NCBI GenBank assembly: GCA_040901675.1
Contig: JBBDYJ010000028.1
Location: forward strand, 3,336 to 67,335
Direction of reading: 5' to 3'
DNA length: 64,000 bases
From: Pirellulales bacterium
GTDB taxonomy: Bacteria > Planctomycetota > Planctomycetia > Pirellulales > JAICIG01
How positions within the stretch are numbered: the stretch's first letter is position 1; every line of letters begins with the position of its first letter. This document shows, one piece after another, positions 38,993 to 50,421 of the stretch. Below the pieces are notes generated by a model. It did no database searches and was not told where the DNA came from. It saw nothing but the letters and a program-made list of their open reading frames with translations. The position numbers and the translations under genes are program-made.

Positions 38993-39775
38993 TTACCTTC
39001 CCAGCAGGTTGCGGCGGCCGAGGGCCAATATCACCCAGAGGGCGCCCCAGGCCTCGCCCGAGTTGATCTTGGAGTGCCCCTTCACGCGATCGACAAACAC
39101 GATCGGCGTTTCGCTGATCCGCGCCCCCAGCCGCTTGAGATGCCAGAGAATCTCTTCCTGGAAAGAATAGCCCTGCGAGAGCAGGCTGCCGAAATCGACC
39201 TGGGCCAGCCGCGACGTGCGGTAACAGCGATAGCCGCCGCTGCAATCCTTGGCCCGCAGCCCCAATAACGATCGCGCGTAAAAGTTCACTGCGCGGCTCA
39301 TCAGGTAACGCTTCAGAGGCCACCCCTCCACGCCGCCGCCCGCCACGTAACGCGAGCCGATCATTACGTCGACCGCCGGCCCCCCCGGCGGCTCCATTCC
39401 CGCGATCAGCTCCGGCAGATAACGCGGATGATGGCTGAAGTCGGCGTCCAGGTTCAGCACGTAGCGGTAGCCGTGCTCGATCGCGTACCGCATCGCTTCC
39501 ACGATCGCCGAGCCGAGCCCCAGCTTGCCCGCGCGGTGCAGGCAACGCACGCGGGGATCCTCGGCCGCCTTCGAATCGCACCAGTCGCCCGTCCCATCCG
39601 GCGAGTTGTCGTCGATCACCAACAGGTCGACGTCCGGCGCGTGGCGGAAGATCTCGTCGACCAGGGCCGGCAGGTTGTCCAGCTCGTTGTAGGTGGCCGT
39701 CGTGATCAGCGTTTTCGCCGCGTTCGCGGCGGTGTGCGGCGCCGCATCCTGAGGAGCTGACAGAGGAGCTGACAT
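38993..39775 (-). CDS. Polyprenol monophosphomannose synthase (Ppm1/Dpm1-like GT2)
   Basis: TYNE, IDDNSPDGTG, HRAGKLGLGSA, LDADFSH, IGSRYV.GG, GYSFQEE. Confidence 0.92.
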   Translation of the reverse strand: MSAPLSAPQDAAPHTAANAAKTLITTATYNELDNLPALVDEIFRHAPDVDLLVIDDNSPDGTGDWCDSKAAEDPRVRCLHRAGKLGLGSAIVEAMRYAIEHGYRYVLNLDADFSHHPRYLPELIAGMEPPGGPAVDVMIGSRYVAGGGVEGWPLKRYLMSRAVNFYARSLLGLRAKDCSGGYRCYRTSRLAQVDFGSLLSQGYSFQEEILWHLKRLGARISETPIVFVDRVKGHSKINSGEAWGALWVILALGRRNLLGR

Positions 39776-40090
39776 AGGCCGGAATCTAGCCTTGCCGCCG
39801 CGGGCGGTAAAGACGGACTGAACGAGCCAACTTGGAGTCGACCGAAAGCGCCCGCGCCTGGATCCCAGCATAAGGCGCTTCTGATCCTAAAATAAGGCAC
39901 TTCGATGGACCCGACCGGCTTGGCGCAGCGGCTCTCCGGCCGGCGGCGGCCGCCTGTCAGCACCGAACCTGGGCCTCGCCAAAGTGTCTAAGGGGCAAAG
40001 CGGGCGACAATCGGGCCACTCGTCTCCCGGCCATTGCCGCGGGCGACTATAATTGCCGCGTCCCGCCTGAAAACGCCCGCCCACAACCGA

Positions 40091-41497
40091 ATGCGCCGAC
40101 CCCCAGTCGATCCCGCCGAGCCAGCTTCGAACCTCGCGGGCGGTGGCGGCCGAGGCAAGGCGCGGGCCGTTTCCGCCTTCGGAAGCCCCTTCTGGTTCAC
40201 CTACGCCGCCAACAGCTCGATGATGATGGCCATCAGCCTGCTGTTCCGCTACGGCGATTTCGTCAAGCACCTGGGAGGCACCGAGTGGCACCTGGGCTGG
40301 ATCGTCTGCGCCGGCATGGTCGGCAGCCTGGTGATGCGGCTGGCCCAGGGAGTGGGCATCGATACCTACGGCCCTCGGCAGGTCTGGCTCTGGTCGTCGT
40401 TTCTGTTCATCGCCAGTTGCCTGGGGCACCTGGCCGTGTCGAGCGTCAACGGCCCGCTGATCTACATCCTGCGGATCCTGTTTCAGACCAGCATCGCCGG
40501 CTTCTTCGGCGCTTCGATCACCTATATCTCGGGCCGGGCCCCGATCGTCCGCATGGCCGAAGTCATCGGCACCCTGGGGACATCAGGGTTTGTCGGGATG
40601 GTGCTCGGCACGTCGCTGGGCGACATCCTGCTCAGCGCCCCCGTGCTCGGCGATGGCCAGGTCGATAGGATCTTCGTGGCCGCCGCCTTGTTGGGCACAT
40701 TCAGCTTCGTCATGTCGTGGCTGGCCACGCGCGGCGAGCTGCCCCCCATCAAACGCAAGCAAGCGCCGCTGTTCTGGCTGCTCAGCCGATACCGGCCAGG
40801 CACCGGCCTGCTGTTGGTCGGGGTGGCGATGGGCTTCGGGCTCGGATTGCCGGGGATCTTCCTGAGCCGCTACGCCGCCTCGCTGGGAATCCTGCACATC
40901 GGTCTGTTCTTCGGCGTCTATGCTCCGATGGCCTTTATCACGCGGCTGGCAATCCGCCGGCTGCCGGAACGGTTCGGCATCCGCCCGATGATCTTCCTGG
41001 GTCTCGGCAGCCTGGTGGCCGGCATGCTCTTGTTCCTGACGGTCCGCTCGCAATGGCACTTCGTGTTTCCGGCCCTGTTCATCGGCGTCGCCCATGCCTG
41101 CCTGTTCCCCTCGGTGGTCGCCGGCGGCACGGGAGCGTTTCCCTTGCGCTATCGCGGGCTGGGTACGACCGTGATGCTGGCCACCTTCGACATGGGCAGC
41201 CTGATCGGATCGCCGACCGTTGGGGAGATACTGCACCGCTCGGCCATTTTGGGACTGCCCCCCTATCCGACAATGTTCCTGGTCGTGTCGCTGTTGCTGT
41301 CGATGGTGGCGCTCGTCTATGCCTTGTCCGGCCAATCGCCGGAAAGGCAGCGCGATGAAAACGGGCGCAAGACGCGCCGCCGGCGCAGGAATGGCCGGCG
41401 AGTTCCCCGGCTGATGTATCACGCCAACGGTTCGCCAATTCAAGCGGCGAACGGCAAGCAAGACTTGCCTGCCAACGTGCAGTACAAGACGCCCTAG
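40091..41497 (+). CDS. MFS transporter
   Basis: About 12 TM helices; G..IDTYGPR and ERFGIR loop motifs. Confidence 0.85.
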   Translation: MRRPPVDPAEPASNLAGGGGRGKARAVSAFGSPFWFTYAANSSMMMAISLLFRYGDFVKHLGGTEWHLGWIVCAGMVGSLVMRLAQGVGIDTYGPRQVWLWSSFLFIASCLGHLAVSSVNGPLIYILRILFQTSIAGFFGASITYISGRAPIVRMAEVIGTLGTSGFVGMVLGTSLGDILLSAPVLGDGQVDRIFVAAALLGTFSFVMSWLATRGELPPIKRKQAPLFWLLSRYRPGTGLLLVGVAMGFGLGLPGIFLSRYAASLGILHIGLFFGVYAPMAFITRLAIRRLPERFGIRPMIFLGLGSLVAGMLLFLTVRSQWHFVFPALFIGVAHACLFPSVVAGGTGAFPLRYRGLGTTVMLATFDMGSLIGSPTVGEILHRSAILGLPPYPTMFLVVSLLLSMVALVYALSGQSPERQRDENGRKTRRRRRNGRRVPRLMYHANGSPIQAANGKQDLPANVQYKTP

Positions 41498-41546
41498 CCC
41501 CGGGCTGCTTGCTCGGGCACGGCCGAAAATCGCGTCGCGGAATCCA

Positions 41547-41580
41547 CTGGGGCACGCTTATCGCTTTGCCCCAGCCACCC
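41547..41580 (+). repeat. 34-bp dispersed palindromic repeat (no insertion)
   Basis: ctggggcacgcttatcgctttgccccagccaccc, identical to 46489-46522. Confidence 0.85.
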
Positions 41581-41599
41581 CGCAGTGCAACCCGGCGCC

Positions 41600-43210
41600 T
41601 TAGCCGCGGCGCAACGTCGAAAAGAGCTGCCGGTACTCCTGGCGGCGGGCCGCCCCGGACGCCGGCCTGGGCCGCGCCGGCTCTGGCCGGGGGTCGTCCT
41701 CGACGACGATCTGGTCGTCGTCGCCAACCCCCAGCGGCGACTTCTCCTCAATCGGCACACGGGCCGGCCTGCTCACCGCCGCGCGCGGTTCGACGGCGGC
41801 CGCCGGCTGGGCGGCCGTGGGCTCGGCGCGAGATGGCTCGGCGCGAGATGGTTCGGCGACGGCCACCGATTCGGCCTGGAACGCGTCGCTGGCCGAGCTG
41901 GTATCGAAGCTTCGAGCCAGCGGATCCGCGGTGCTGATCGCGGTGATTGTCATCGGCAAAGGTGCGCCGCCTTCCGCTTCGTCCCTCTCCTTCTGGCCGA
42001 TCACCGACAGACGCGGGCCTCCCGGCGCCTGGACAAACGGCTCGAGCAAGGCCGAGAGAATCCGTCCCTCCTGGCTGTGAACCGCCGGTTGCCGAAAGAA
42101 CTCGTCGGCTTCCGAGGCGGCGTACCGGTCGACCACCACCTCTTCTTCGTCGAACGATTCGCTGAAGGGGTTGCTCGACGGACGGCCCTCCACCACGGTC
42201 ACCGGTCCGATCGTCCCCACCGGCTGGAACTCCTCGTCCAGGGCCGCCAGGTGGTCGTCGATCTCGTGCAAGAGCACGGTCGGCTGCGGCTCTTCGAACG
42301 CGGGTTCCAACGGCTCGTCGTTCAGCCCGCCGAACTCGATGATTCCTTCGCCGGTGGGCGGCGTCGGCTCGGCCCGGGCGCGGCTTTCGTTCCAGGGACT
42401 GGGCAATTGCTGCAGGTCAGACCAGGCCTCTTCAATGCCGGCGCCGTCGATCTGCCTTTGGCCGCCGGCGTAGGCCAACATCAGGGCGTGGTCGAGCACC
42501 TGGTTCAGCAGCCGGGGGATGCCGTCGGTCGCCCGGTAGGCCGCCTCCAGGGCGTCGGGCGTGAAGATGCGGCTCGCGGCCGCGCCCACCGCGGCAATCT
42601 GCGCGGCGATGTACTGCTCCGTCTGCGCGCGGTCGAGGCCTTCCAGGTAGCAGCGCGAGCTGATTCGCTGGCTGAACGAGTCCAAAAGGGGATTGGCGAA
42701 TCGCTCTTCCAACAACGGGTTGCCGGCGAGCACCAGCCGGACCCGCGGCTGGCCTCCGCGCACCAGGTTGGTGATCAACCGCACCTCTTCCAACAGGCGG
42801 ATCGGAAACGTGTGGGCCTCGTCCAGCAGCAGCAGCATGCCCTGCGGGGCGGCCCGGTCGGAGGCCAGGTGATCGATCAGCGACAGCCGCAGCTCTCCTT
42901 CCTCGAGCCCGCGGTACGGCAGGCCCAGCTCGAACAGGATCGCCTGCAATAGCGCTCGGCGCGTGCTCAGGTGGCCGTTGGCCAACAGGGCCACGGCAAA
43001 CTGCGCGCGGAACTGTTCGGCCAGGACGTGGCACACCAGCGTCTTGCCGCTGCCCGCCGGGCCGATCAGCATGCCCGCGCCCTCGGCCCGCTCGATGCAG
43101 CGGGCCAGCGTCTGCCTGGCGCCTTCCACGGAGGCGGCCGCGAAGTATCGATCGACGCGCGGCGCCGCGGCAAATGGACGTTCGTTGAGCTGAAAGAAGG
43201 ATTCATACAT
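41600..43210 (-). CDS. ExeA/GspA-like AAA ATPase with acidic C-terminal extension
   Basis: MYESFFQLNERPF, GPAGSGKT, LLLDEAH, LVLAG, QRI, GIPRLLN. Confidence 0.88.
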   Translation of the reverse strand: MYESFFQLNERPFAAAPRVDRYFAAASVEGARQTLARCIERAEGAGMLIGPAGSGKTLVCHVLAEQFRAQFAVALLANGHLSTRRALLQAILFELGLPYRGLEEGELRLSLIDHLASDRAAPQGMLLLLDEAHTFPIRLLEEVRLITNLVRGGQPRVRLVLAGNPLLEERFANPLLDSFSQRISSRCYLEGLDRAQTEQYIAAQIAAVGAAASRIFTPDALEAAYRATDGIPRLLNQVLDHALMLAYAGGQRQIDGAGIEEAWSDLQQLPSPWNESRARAEPTPPTGEGIIEFGGLNDEPLEPAFEEPQPTVLLHEIDDHLAALDEEFQPVGTIGPVTVVEGRPSSNPFSESFDEEEVVVDRYAASEADEFFRQPAVHSQEGRILSALLEPFVQAPGGPRLSVIGQKERDEAEGGAPLPMTITAISTADPLARSFDTSSASDAFQAESVAVAEPSRAEPSRAEPTAAQPAAAVEPRAAVSRPARVPIEEKSPLGVGDDDQIVVEDDPRPEPARPRPASGAARRQEYRQLFSTLRRG

Positions 43211-43474
43211 CTCGCAGTCTTCCTGTCTTGGCCACGCTGCGCCTGCGATATGACGAACCGAGCGGTCCGCGTCGGCACCCATGTCCGCACGTACCTTACA
43301 TTCGGCTCCGGCCGGCCAGATGCTCCACCTTGTCCCAGCCGATTCTTTTCACTCGCCGCGGCCCTCCGAAGCGGCTTCAGGGTTGGCTGGTTCGCAAGTT
43401 CGCCGCTTGCAATTTGCCCGCCGCTCGTGGACGCTAATGACTCTACCAGCCCGATCACCCACCGGAGCCCAGCG

Positions 43475-44305
43475 ATGCGGATCGTTGCCTTTACCAAGAG
43501 TTTCCAGGATTGGACCATCGACGAAGTTTGCCGGCGGTTCAAGGCCATCGGTCTGGACGGACTCGACTTGACCGTCCGTCCGGGCGGGCATATCGAGCCG
43601 GCCCACGTCGAGCGGCAGCTTCCCTTGGCCGTCGAAGCGGCGGGCGAGCACGGACTGCGGATCGACTTTCTGACCACCAGCATCACCGATCCCGACGACG
43701 ACGCCGAGAAAATCCTGGCCACCGCCATGGGGCTGGGCATCGAGCGCATCAAGCTGGGCTATTACTCGTATGGGTCGTTCGGCACGCTTGCGGCGCAGAT
43801 GGATGACGTCCGCAAGCGGCTGGGTCGCGTGATCGAGGTTTGCCACTGGCACGGAGTGCTGCCCTGCGTACACATTCATTCGGGCGGATTCATCCCCTCG
43901 CACGGTACCATGCTGTACGAGCTGCTCCGCGACTTCCCCACCAACCAGGTGGGCGCCTACGTCGACACGCTGCACATGACGCTGGAAGGCGGCGGCGACG
44001 GCTGGCGGCAAGGTCTCGACCTGCTCGCGCCCTGGATCGCGCTGGTGGCGGTAAAGAACTTCGCCTGGCACGCCGGCGATCGCGATGCCCACGGACAGGT
44101 TCGCTGGCACAACCGCGTGGTGCCGGTGGCCGACGGCGTGGCGGCATTGCCCGACTTTGTGGCGGCCCTCAAGAAGCTCGGCTACGATGGAACATATTCC
44201 CTGCACAGCGAATACAAGGGAGGTCACAGCTTCCAGGATCTCGACACCGAGGGGTGCGCCCGGCAGACCGCGGCCGATTTCGAGTTCTTCAAAAAGCTGT
44301 TCTGA
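43475..44305 (+). CDS. Sugar phosphate isomerase/epimerase (xylose-isomerase-like TIM barrel)
   Basis: FTK, GLDLTVRPGGH, HIHSG, D..H..LEGG, VKNF, SLHSEY. Confidence 0.85.
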   Translation: MRIVAFTKSFQDWTIDEVCRRFKAIGLDGLDLTVRPGGHIEPAHVERQLPLAVEAAGEHGLRIDFLTTSITDPDDDAEKILATAMGLGIERIKLGYYSYGSFGTLAAQMDDVRKRLGRVIEVCHWHGVLPCVHIHSGGFIPSHGTMLYELLRDFPTNQVGAYVDTLHMTLEGGGDGWRQGLDLLAPWIALVAVKNFAWHAGDRDAHGQVRWHNRVVPVADGVAALPDFVAALKKLGYDGTYSLHSEYKGGHSFQDLDTEGCARQTAADFEFFKKLF

Positions 44306-44310
44306 GACAC

Positions 44311-45000
44311 GTGTTCCGTATCAAGATTTGCGGCGTCACCTCGCTGGCCGACGCACTCGCCGCGGCCGCGGCCGGCGCCGATGCCATCGGTTTCAATTTC
44401 CATCACGGCAGTCGCCGCTTCATCGACCCGCTGAAAGCGGCCGCGATTGCCGAGTCGTTGCCTCCGGAAATCGTCAAGGTTGGCGTCTTCGTCAATCTGC
44501 CCGCCCACGAGGTCCGCCAGACCGCCGACGCGGTCCCGCTGGACCTGGTTCAACTGCACGGGGACGAAACGCCCGACTATCTCGCCAACCTGGCTGGTTT
44601 TCCCGTCATGCGGGCCTTCCGCTGCGGCCCGGGCTGCCTGGGCTCCATCCCCCAGTACATAGGAGAGTGCAGGACCCTGTTCAGCATGCCTCGGATGATC
44701 TTGTTTGATGCGCTGGTTGCGGGCGCCTACGGTGGCACCGGACAGCGGGCCGACTGGGGGCTGGCGGCGGAGTGCAGGAAATCAGGTCTCAACGCTCCGC
44801 TGGTGCTGGCAGGCGGACTGACTCCGGACAACGTCGCCGAGGCGATCCGCACGGTGCGCCCCAACGCCGTAGACTCGGCAAGTGGCGTTGAATCGGCTCC
44901 CGGCCGCAAGGATCCCGCGCGGATGGCAGCCTTCGTCGAGGCGGCCCTGGCCGAGTTTGCCAGGCTGGATCGGCAAGCCGGTCTGGATCCGGACGACTGA
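44311..45000 (+). CDS. trpF: Phosphoribosylanthranilate isomerase
   Basis: IKICGVT, GADAIGFNF, VGVFVN, VQLHGDE, GGTG, LAGGLTPDNV, VDSASGVE. Confidence 0.95.
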   Translation: MFRIKICGVTSLADALAAAAAGADAIGFNFHHGSRRFIDPLKAAAIAESLPPEIVKVGVFVNLPAHEVRQTADAVPLDLVQLHGDETPDYLANLAGFPVMRAFRCGPGCLGSIPQYIGECRTLFSMPRMILFDALVAGAYGGTGQRADWGLAAECRKSGLNAPLVLAGGLTPDNVAEAIRTVRPNAVDSASGVESAPGRKDPARMAAFVEAALAEFARLDRQAGLDPDD

Positions 45001-45147
45001 GGCAGGTTTCCGCCGTTCGCGGCAGCCGCTCGGCGACCTTGTCAGCCCTACATCTTCCACCGTATTATGTCGGGGCATCCATAGCGCGTTCCGGCAACCG
45101 GATCCGCCGTCGGATTATCCGCCCTACCCCCCCTGTGGAGGAATGAC

Positions 45148-46461
<1,314 letters not shown>

Positions 46462-46488
46462 CGAGCGGCCGGAGGTATCTTCACACGC

Positions 46489-46522
46489 CTGGGGCACGCT
46501 TATCGCTTTGCCCCAGCCACCC
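46489..46522 (+). repeat. 34-bp dispersed palindromic repeat (no insertion)
   Basis: Identical to 41547-41580. Confidence 0.85.
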
Positions 46523-46559
46523 AACGGCCTGGGAAGGCCTTCCTACAAAACTGCCAGCG

Positions 46560-47861
46560 ATGCCTGAGATCCAGCCATTCCGGGGCCTCCGCTACGACCT
46601 GGGCCACGTCGGCTCGCTAAGCGACGTCGTGGCGCCGCCCTACGACGTGATCGGCCCCGAACTGGCCGATCAGCTTTACAAGAAGCATCCGGCCAACGTC
46701 ATCCGGCTGATCCTGAACCGGGAAGAGCCGGGCGACGACGCGGGCAACAACCGCTATAGCCGCGCAGCCCGGTTTCTGAAGAACTGGCGCAGCGAAGGGG
46801 TGCTGGTCACCGAGCCGGACCCGGCGTTGTACGTGTACCACCAGGTCTTCACCTACGACGGGCGCGAGCACACTCGCCGCGGCTTCATGGCCCGCGTGCG
46901 GCTGGAGCGATTCGGCGAGGGGAAGATTTACCCGCACGAGGAAACTCTGCCCGGGCCCAAGCAGGACCGCTTGCTGTTGACCCAGGCCTGCAAGGCGAAC
47001 CTGAGCCAGATCTTCGGCCTGTATCCCGACCCCCAGGGCGCAGCCCAGCAGCTCTTGGAGCAGGCCATGGCCGGCAAGACACCCCTCGAAGCCACCGACC
47101 ACTTGGGCGTCGTGCACCGGCTATGGCCCATTTCGGACGTCGACGTTGCCGCGAAGCTGGCCGGCCTGGTCGGTCCCAAGCCCGTCTTCATTGCCGACGG
47201 CCACCACCGCTACGAGACCGCCCTGAACTACCGCGACCAACTGGCGGCCGCCGGCCCGTTGCCCTCCAATCATCCGGCCAACTTCGTCTTGATGATGTGC
47301 GTCGGGATGAGCGATCCGGGCATGGTGGTGCTGCCCACGCACCGCCTGTTCCGCGGCCTGCCGTCCATGAGCTCCGCCGACCTGGTCGGCCGCCTGGGCG
47401 ACTGTTTTGCCACGCGGCTGATCGGCGAGGGGAGCGACCTGGCCCCGACGGTTTGGGAAGAGGTGGAGTACGGCGGCGAGCAAGGCGCATTGGGGCTGTT
47501 CACGCAACACGACGAGCGCTGGGTATTGGTCACCATCACCGAGGCCGGCCGCCAGCGTATGGCCCAGGTCGCCTCCGAGCATAGTCAGCCCTGGCGGGAG
47601 TTGGGCGTCAGTATCCTGCATCGCCTGGTGATCGACACTTTGCTCGATGCCCCGGCCCTGCCCAAGCCGCGTTACGTTCACCTGGTCGAAGAGGTAGTCG
47701 AGGGGCTCGACAGCGGCGAGTTTCCGCTGGCGGCACTCGTCATGCCCGCCACGGTCGAGCACATCCGCGTGATCAGCGAGCACCACGAGCGGATGCCCGC
47801 CAAGAGCACCTATTTCTACCCCAAGCTTCTCAGCGGCCTGGTCATCAACCCGCTCGAATGA
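46560..47861 (+). CDS. DUF1015 family protein
   Basis: PFRGLRY, APPYDVI, PHEET, IADGHHRYETA, MPAKSTYFYPKLLSGL. Confidence 0.93.
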   Translation: MPEIQPFRGLRYDLGHVGSLSDVVAPPYDVIGPELADQLYKKHPANVIRLILNREEPGDDAGNNRYSRAARFLKNWRSEGVLVTEPDPALYVYHQVFTYDGREHTRRGFMARVRLERFGEGKIYPHEETLPGPKQDRLLLTQACKANLSQIFGLYPDPQGAAQQLLEQAMAGKTPLEATDHLGVVHRLWPISDVDVAAKLAGLVGPKPVFIADGHHRYETALNYRDQLAAAGPLPSNHPANFVLMMCVGMSDPGMVVLPTHRLFRGLPSMSSADLVGRLGDCFATRLIGEGSDLAPTVWEEVEYGGEQGALGLFTQHDERWVLVTITEAGRQRMAQVASEHSQPWRELGVSILHRLVIDTLLDAPALPKPRYVHLVEEVVEGLDSGEFPLAALVMPATVEHIRVISEHHERMPAKSTYFYPKLLSGLVINPLE

Positions 47862-47925
47862 CGTGGCGTGAGCGTGGACCTGACGTCCATTCCTCCTTCC
47901 TCCTTCTGCCTTCCTCCTTTCCCTG

Positions 47926-47959
47926 GGGTGCCTGGTGGCAAAGCGGTAGCGTGCCCCAG
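47926..47959 (-). repeat. 34-bp dispersed repeat, empty allele
   Basis: Reverse strand ctggggcacgctaccgctttgccaccaggcaccc. Confidence 0.85.
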
Positions 47960-48006
47960 TTGAAGGCCGAAGGCTGTAGGCTGTAGGCCGTAGCCAGGAG
48001 AACAGT

Positions 48007-48064
48007 GGGTGCCTGGTGGCAAAGCGGACTTCGGCGAGCTCAGTCGAGTCGTAGCGTGCCCCAG
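48007..48064 (-). repeat. Same 34-bp repeat with a single 24-bp insertion (48027-48050)
   Basis: Reverse strand ctggggcacgctac[gactcgactgagctcgccgaagtc]cgctttgccaccaggcaccc. Confidence 0.88.
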
Positions 48065-48146
48065 TTGCCAACTGGTGGGCTCCATCCCCTCGCTTGCGCG
48101 TCGGGTTAGTGTGTGCCCTTCCCGCTCCACGCCATCGACCTTGCCG

Positions 48147-48162
48147 GGTTTCACGTGAAACT
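48147..48162. promoter_or_regulatory. parS site 1
   Basis: gGTTTCACGTGAAACt vs consensus TGTTTCACGTGAAACA; upstream of parAB. Confidence 0.88.
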
Positions 48163-48251
48163 GGTCTGTGCGGTCACTAGGGCCGGCAATGGTCGAGCAG
48201 GCGGCACGGAGGTTGGTGGTGCGGCGGACTTCCGCGGTCACGGAGACTGCG

Positions 48252-48267
48252 GGTTTCACGTGAAACC
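48252..48267. promoter_or_regulatory. parS site 2
   Basis: Perfect palindrome GGTTTCACGTGAAACC. Confidence 0.9.
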
Positions 48268-48443
48268 TGCCGGATTCCCGCGCCGTGCGATCGCGGGTGC
48301 CCAGGTCCTCCTTCTGCCTTCTGCCTTCCTCCTTCCTCCTTCTGCCCACCAGGTCTGATCTTTCCTCGCCGCGAAGTCCGCTGCTACAATCCGCCCCGGC
48401 GCCGGCCGCACTCGCCGCGCCAAATCGGCACGGGAGCTTGGCG

Positions 48444-49190
48444 GTGGGAAGGATCGTCTGCGTGGCAAATCAAAAAGGGGGGGTGGGCAAGACCACCACC
48501 GCCGTCAACCTGGCCGCCGGACTGGCCAAGAGCGGCGCCCGCACGCTGCTGGTCGACCTCGACCCGCAGTGCAACGCCACCAGCGGGCTGGGCAAGCTGC
48601 CCGCCCCCCGCCACCCACTGGTGTCGGAGGAACCGCTACGGGACTCGCTTTGTTCCACGGCCACCGATGGTCTCGACCTGCTGCCGGGCAGCCGCAATTT
48701 CGAGGACGTCGAAAAGCTGGCCACCGGCGACGAGTCGCAAACGGCCACGCTCCGCCAGCAGCTCGCCGGCGGGCTGACCGCTTACGACTTCGTGCTGATC
48801 GACTGCCCGCCCTCGCTGGGGCAGCTCACTCGCACGGCCCTGGCCAGCTCGAACGAAGTCTTGATGCCCATCCAGTGCGAGTACTTTGCCATGGAGGGGC
48901 TGACGCAGATGATCGAGGTCATCCGCCAGGTGATGGGCCGTTACCCTGGCCGGCTCAAGTTCGGCGGGATCCTCTTGACGATGTACGACCACGAGTTGGA
49001 GCTGACCCGCGAGGTGGATGAGGAGGTCCGCGATTTCTTCGGCGAGATCGTGTACCGCACGGTCATTCCCCGCGACGTGGCCGTCTCCGAAGCGCCCAGC
49101 CATTCGCTGTCCGTGATCGATTACGCGCCCCGCGCCAGGGGGGCGCGGGCCTACGTTGAACTCTGCATGGAGGTGCTCGAACGTGACTAA
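48444..49190 (+). CDS. parA: Chromosome partitioning ATPase ParA/Soj
   Basis: NQKGGVGKTTT, DLDPQCNAT, IDCPPSLG, PIQCEYFAMEG, EAPSH. Confidence 0.95.
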   Translation: MGRIVCVANQKGGVGKTTTAVNLAAGLAKSGARTLLVDLDPQCNATSGLGKLPAPRHPLVSEEPLRDSLCSTATDGLDLLPGSRNFEDVEKLATGDESQTATLRQQLAGGLTAYDFVLIDCPPSLGQLTRTALASSNEVLMPIQCEYFAMEGLTQMIEVIRQVMGRYPGRLKFGGILLTMYDHELELTREVDEEVRDFFGEIVYRTVIPRDVAVSEAPSHSLSVIDYAPRARGARAYVELCMEVLERD

Positions 49191-50145
49191 AGAACGACGC
49201 TTGGGGCGCGGACTCGAGGCCTTGCTCGGCAGGCTGCCCGACGCTGCCGACACTCGCGCGGGGCCAGGCTGGCCCGCTGCCGACCCGGCAGCCGGGGCGG
49301 GCTGCACCGGACTCGTCCAGCTCAGCGTCTACGAGCTCGACAGCAACCCGTTCCAGCCGCGGCGCGACTTCGACGAGGCCGAGATCAACTCGCTGGCCGA
49401 CAGCATCCGCGAGCACGGCCTCTTGCAGCCGGTGCTGGTCCGCCGCGTGGACCAGCGCTATCAGCTCGTGGCGGGCGAGCGCCGGCTGCGGGCCGCGGTC
49501 AAGGCCGGCTGGTCCCAGGTGCCCGCCCAGGTGATCGAGGCCGACGACCGCCAGGCCGCCGAGCTGGCCATTGTCGAGAACTTGCAGCGAAAGGATCTCA
49601 ACGCGTTGGAAAAGGCGGCCTCGTTCCAGCAGTACCTTCATCGCTATGGCTCGACGCAGGACGAGTTGGCCGCGCGGCTGCAGATCGACCGTTCGACCGT
49701 GTCGAACCTGATCCGTCTGCTGGAGCTGCCCGACGAAGTGCAACAGGCGCTGCACCGCGGGCTGATCAGCCAGGGCCATGCCCGTGCCTTGCTCCCCTTG
49801 GGCGAGGAGCGCGAGCAGGTCGAGTTTTGCCGCCGGATCGCCGACGAGGGCTTGAGCGTGCGTGCCGTCGAGGCGCTGGTCCAGGAGACGATCCGGGCCG
49901 CCGACGCCGAACCCTTAACCGTCGTCACCAGCGAAGGCCAGCGAAAGCGGCGAACCCGCAGCCAGCATCTGGCGTCGTTAGAGCAGGAGTTCCGCACGTC
50001 GCTGGGGACGAAGGTCGACGTGCGGCAAGGCGCGCGGGGCCGCGGCCGGATCGTCGTCCACTTTTCCAGCCACGAGGAGTTCGAGCGCTTGCAGCGTCAG
50101 ATTTGCGGCCATGGCAATATCCACTCGCAGGTCCAAGCCGGTTGA
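49183..50145 (+). CDS. parB: Chromosome partitioning protein ParB/Spo0J
   Basis: LGRGLEALL, NPFQPRRDF, AGERRLRA, ENLQRKDL, HTH RSTVSNLIRLL. Confidence 0.95.
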   Translation: MTKERRLGRGLEALLGRLPDAADTRAGPGWPAADPAAGAGCTGLVQLSVYELDSNPFQPRRDFDEAEINSLADSIREHGLLQPVLVRRVDQRYQLVAGERRLRAAVKAGWSQVPAQVIEADDRQAAELAIVENLQRKDLNALEKAASFQQYLHRYGSTQDELAARLQIDRSTVSNLIRLLELPDEVQQALHRGLISQGHARALLPLGEEREQVEFCRRIADEGLSVRAVEALVQETIRAADAEPLTVVTSEGQRKRRTRSQHLASLEQEFRTSLGTKVDVRQGARGRGRIVVHFSSHEEFERLQRQICGHGNIHSQVQAG

Positions 50146-50322
50146 CTTCGTCGCAGGTTCGTAGTGACCCCATTCATGGGGTCCGGGGCGACAAGGAATC
50201 GAGGCGCGAGATTCAAGGTTTGGTCAGTTTTCGCTAACTGCTGCAGAGACAGTTGGCTTTGAAACAGGGTGCCTCGGCAAGGTGCCGTCCAGTCATCCTT
50301 GAATGGCAACAGGCCAAGCCAA

Positions 50323-50421
50323 GCCGAACCAATCGCTGCAGCAGGCGGCGGCCGCGATCCTGGTTTCTCGAACTTCACTGTCTCGCAATGCGGCCGCTGC
50401 TACTGAGCTGGAGCGTTACGG
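50323..50421 (+). mobile_element. Integron attC-like recombination site
   Basis: GCCGAAC-N5-GCTGCAG...GCGGCCGC/GCGGCCGC...CTGAGC-N6-GTTACGG. Confidence 0.7.

Noticed and set aside
41815..41860. 15-bp coding repeat (AEPSR) in the ExeA-like tail
   Set aside because: Ordinary low-complexity linker expansion
45001..45147. SAH or SAM riboswitch before ahcY
   Set aside because: No recognisable conserved core; only a promoter-like TTGTCA..TATTAT
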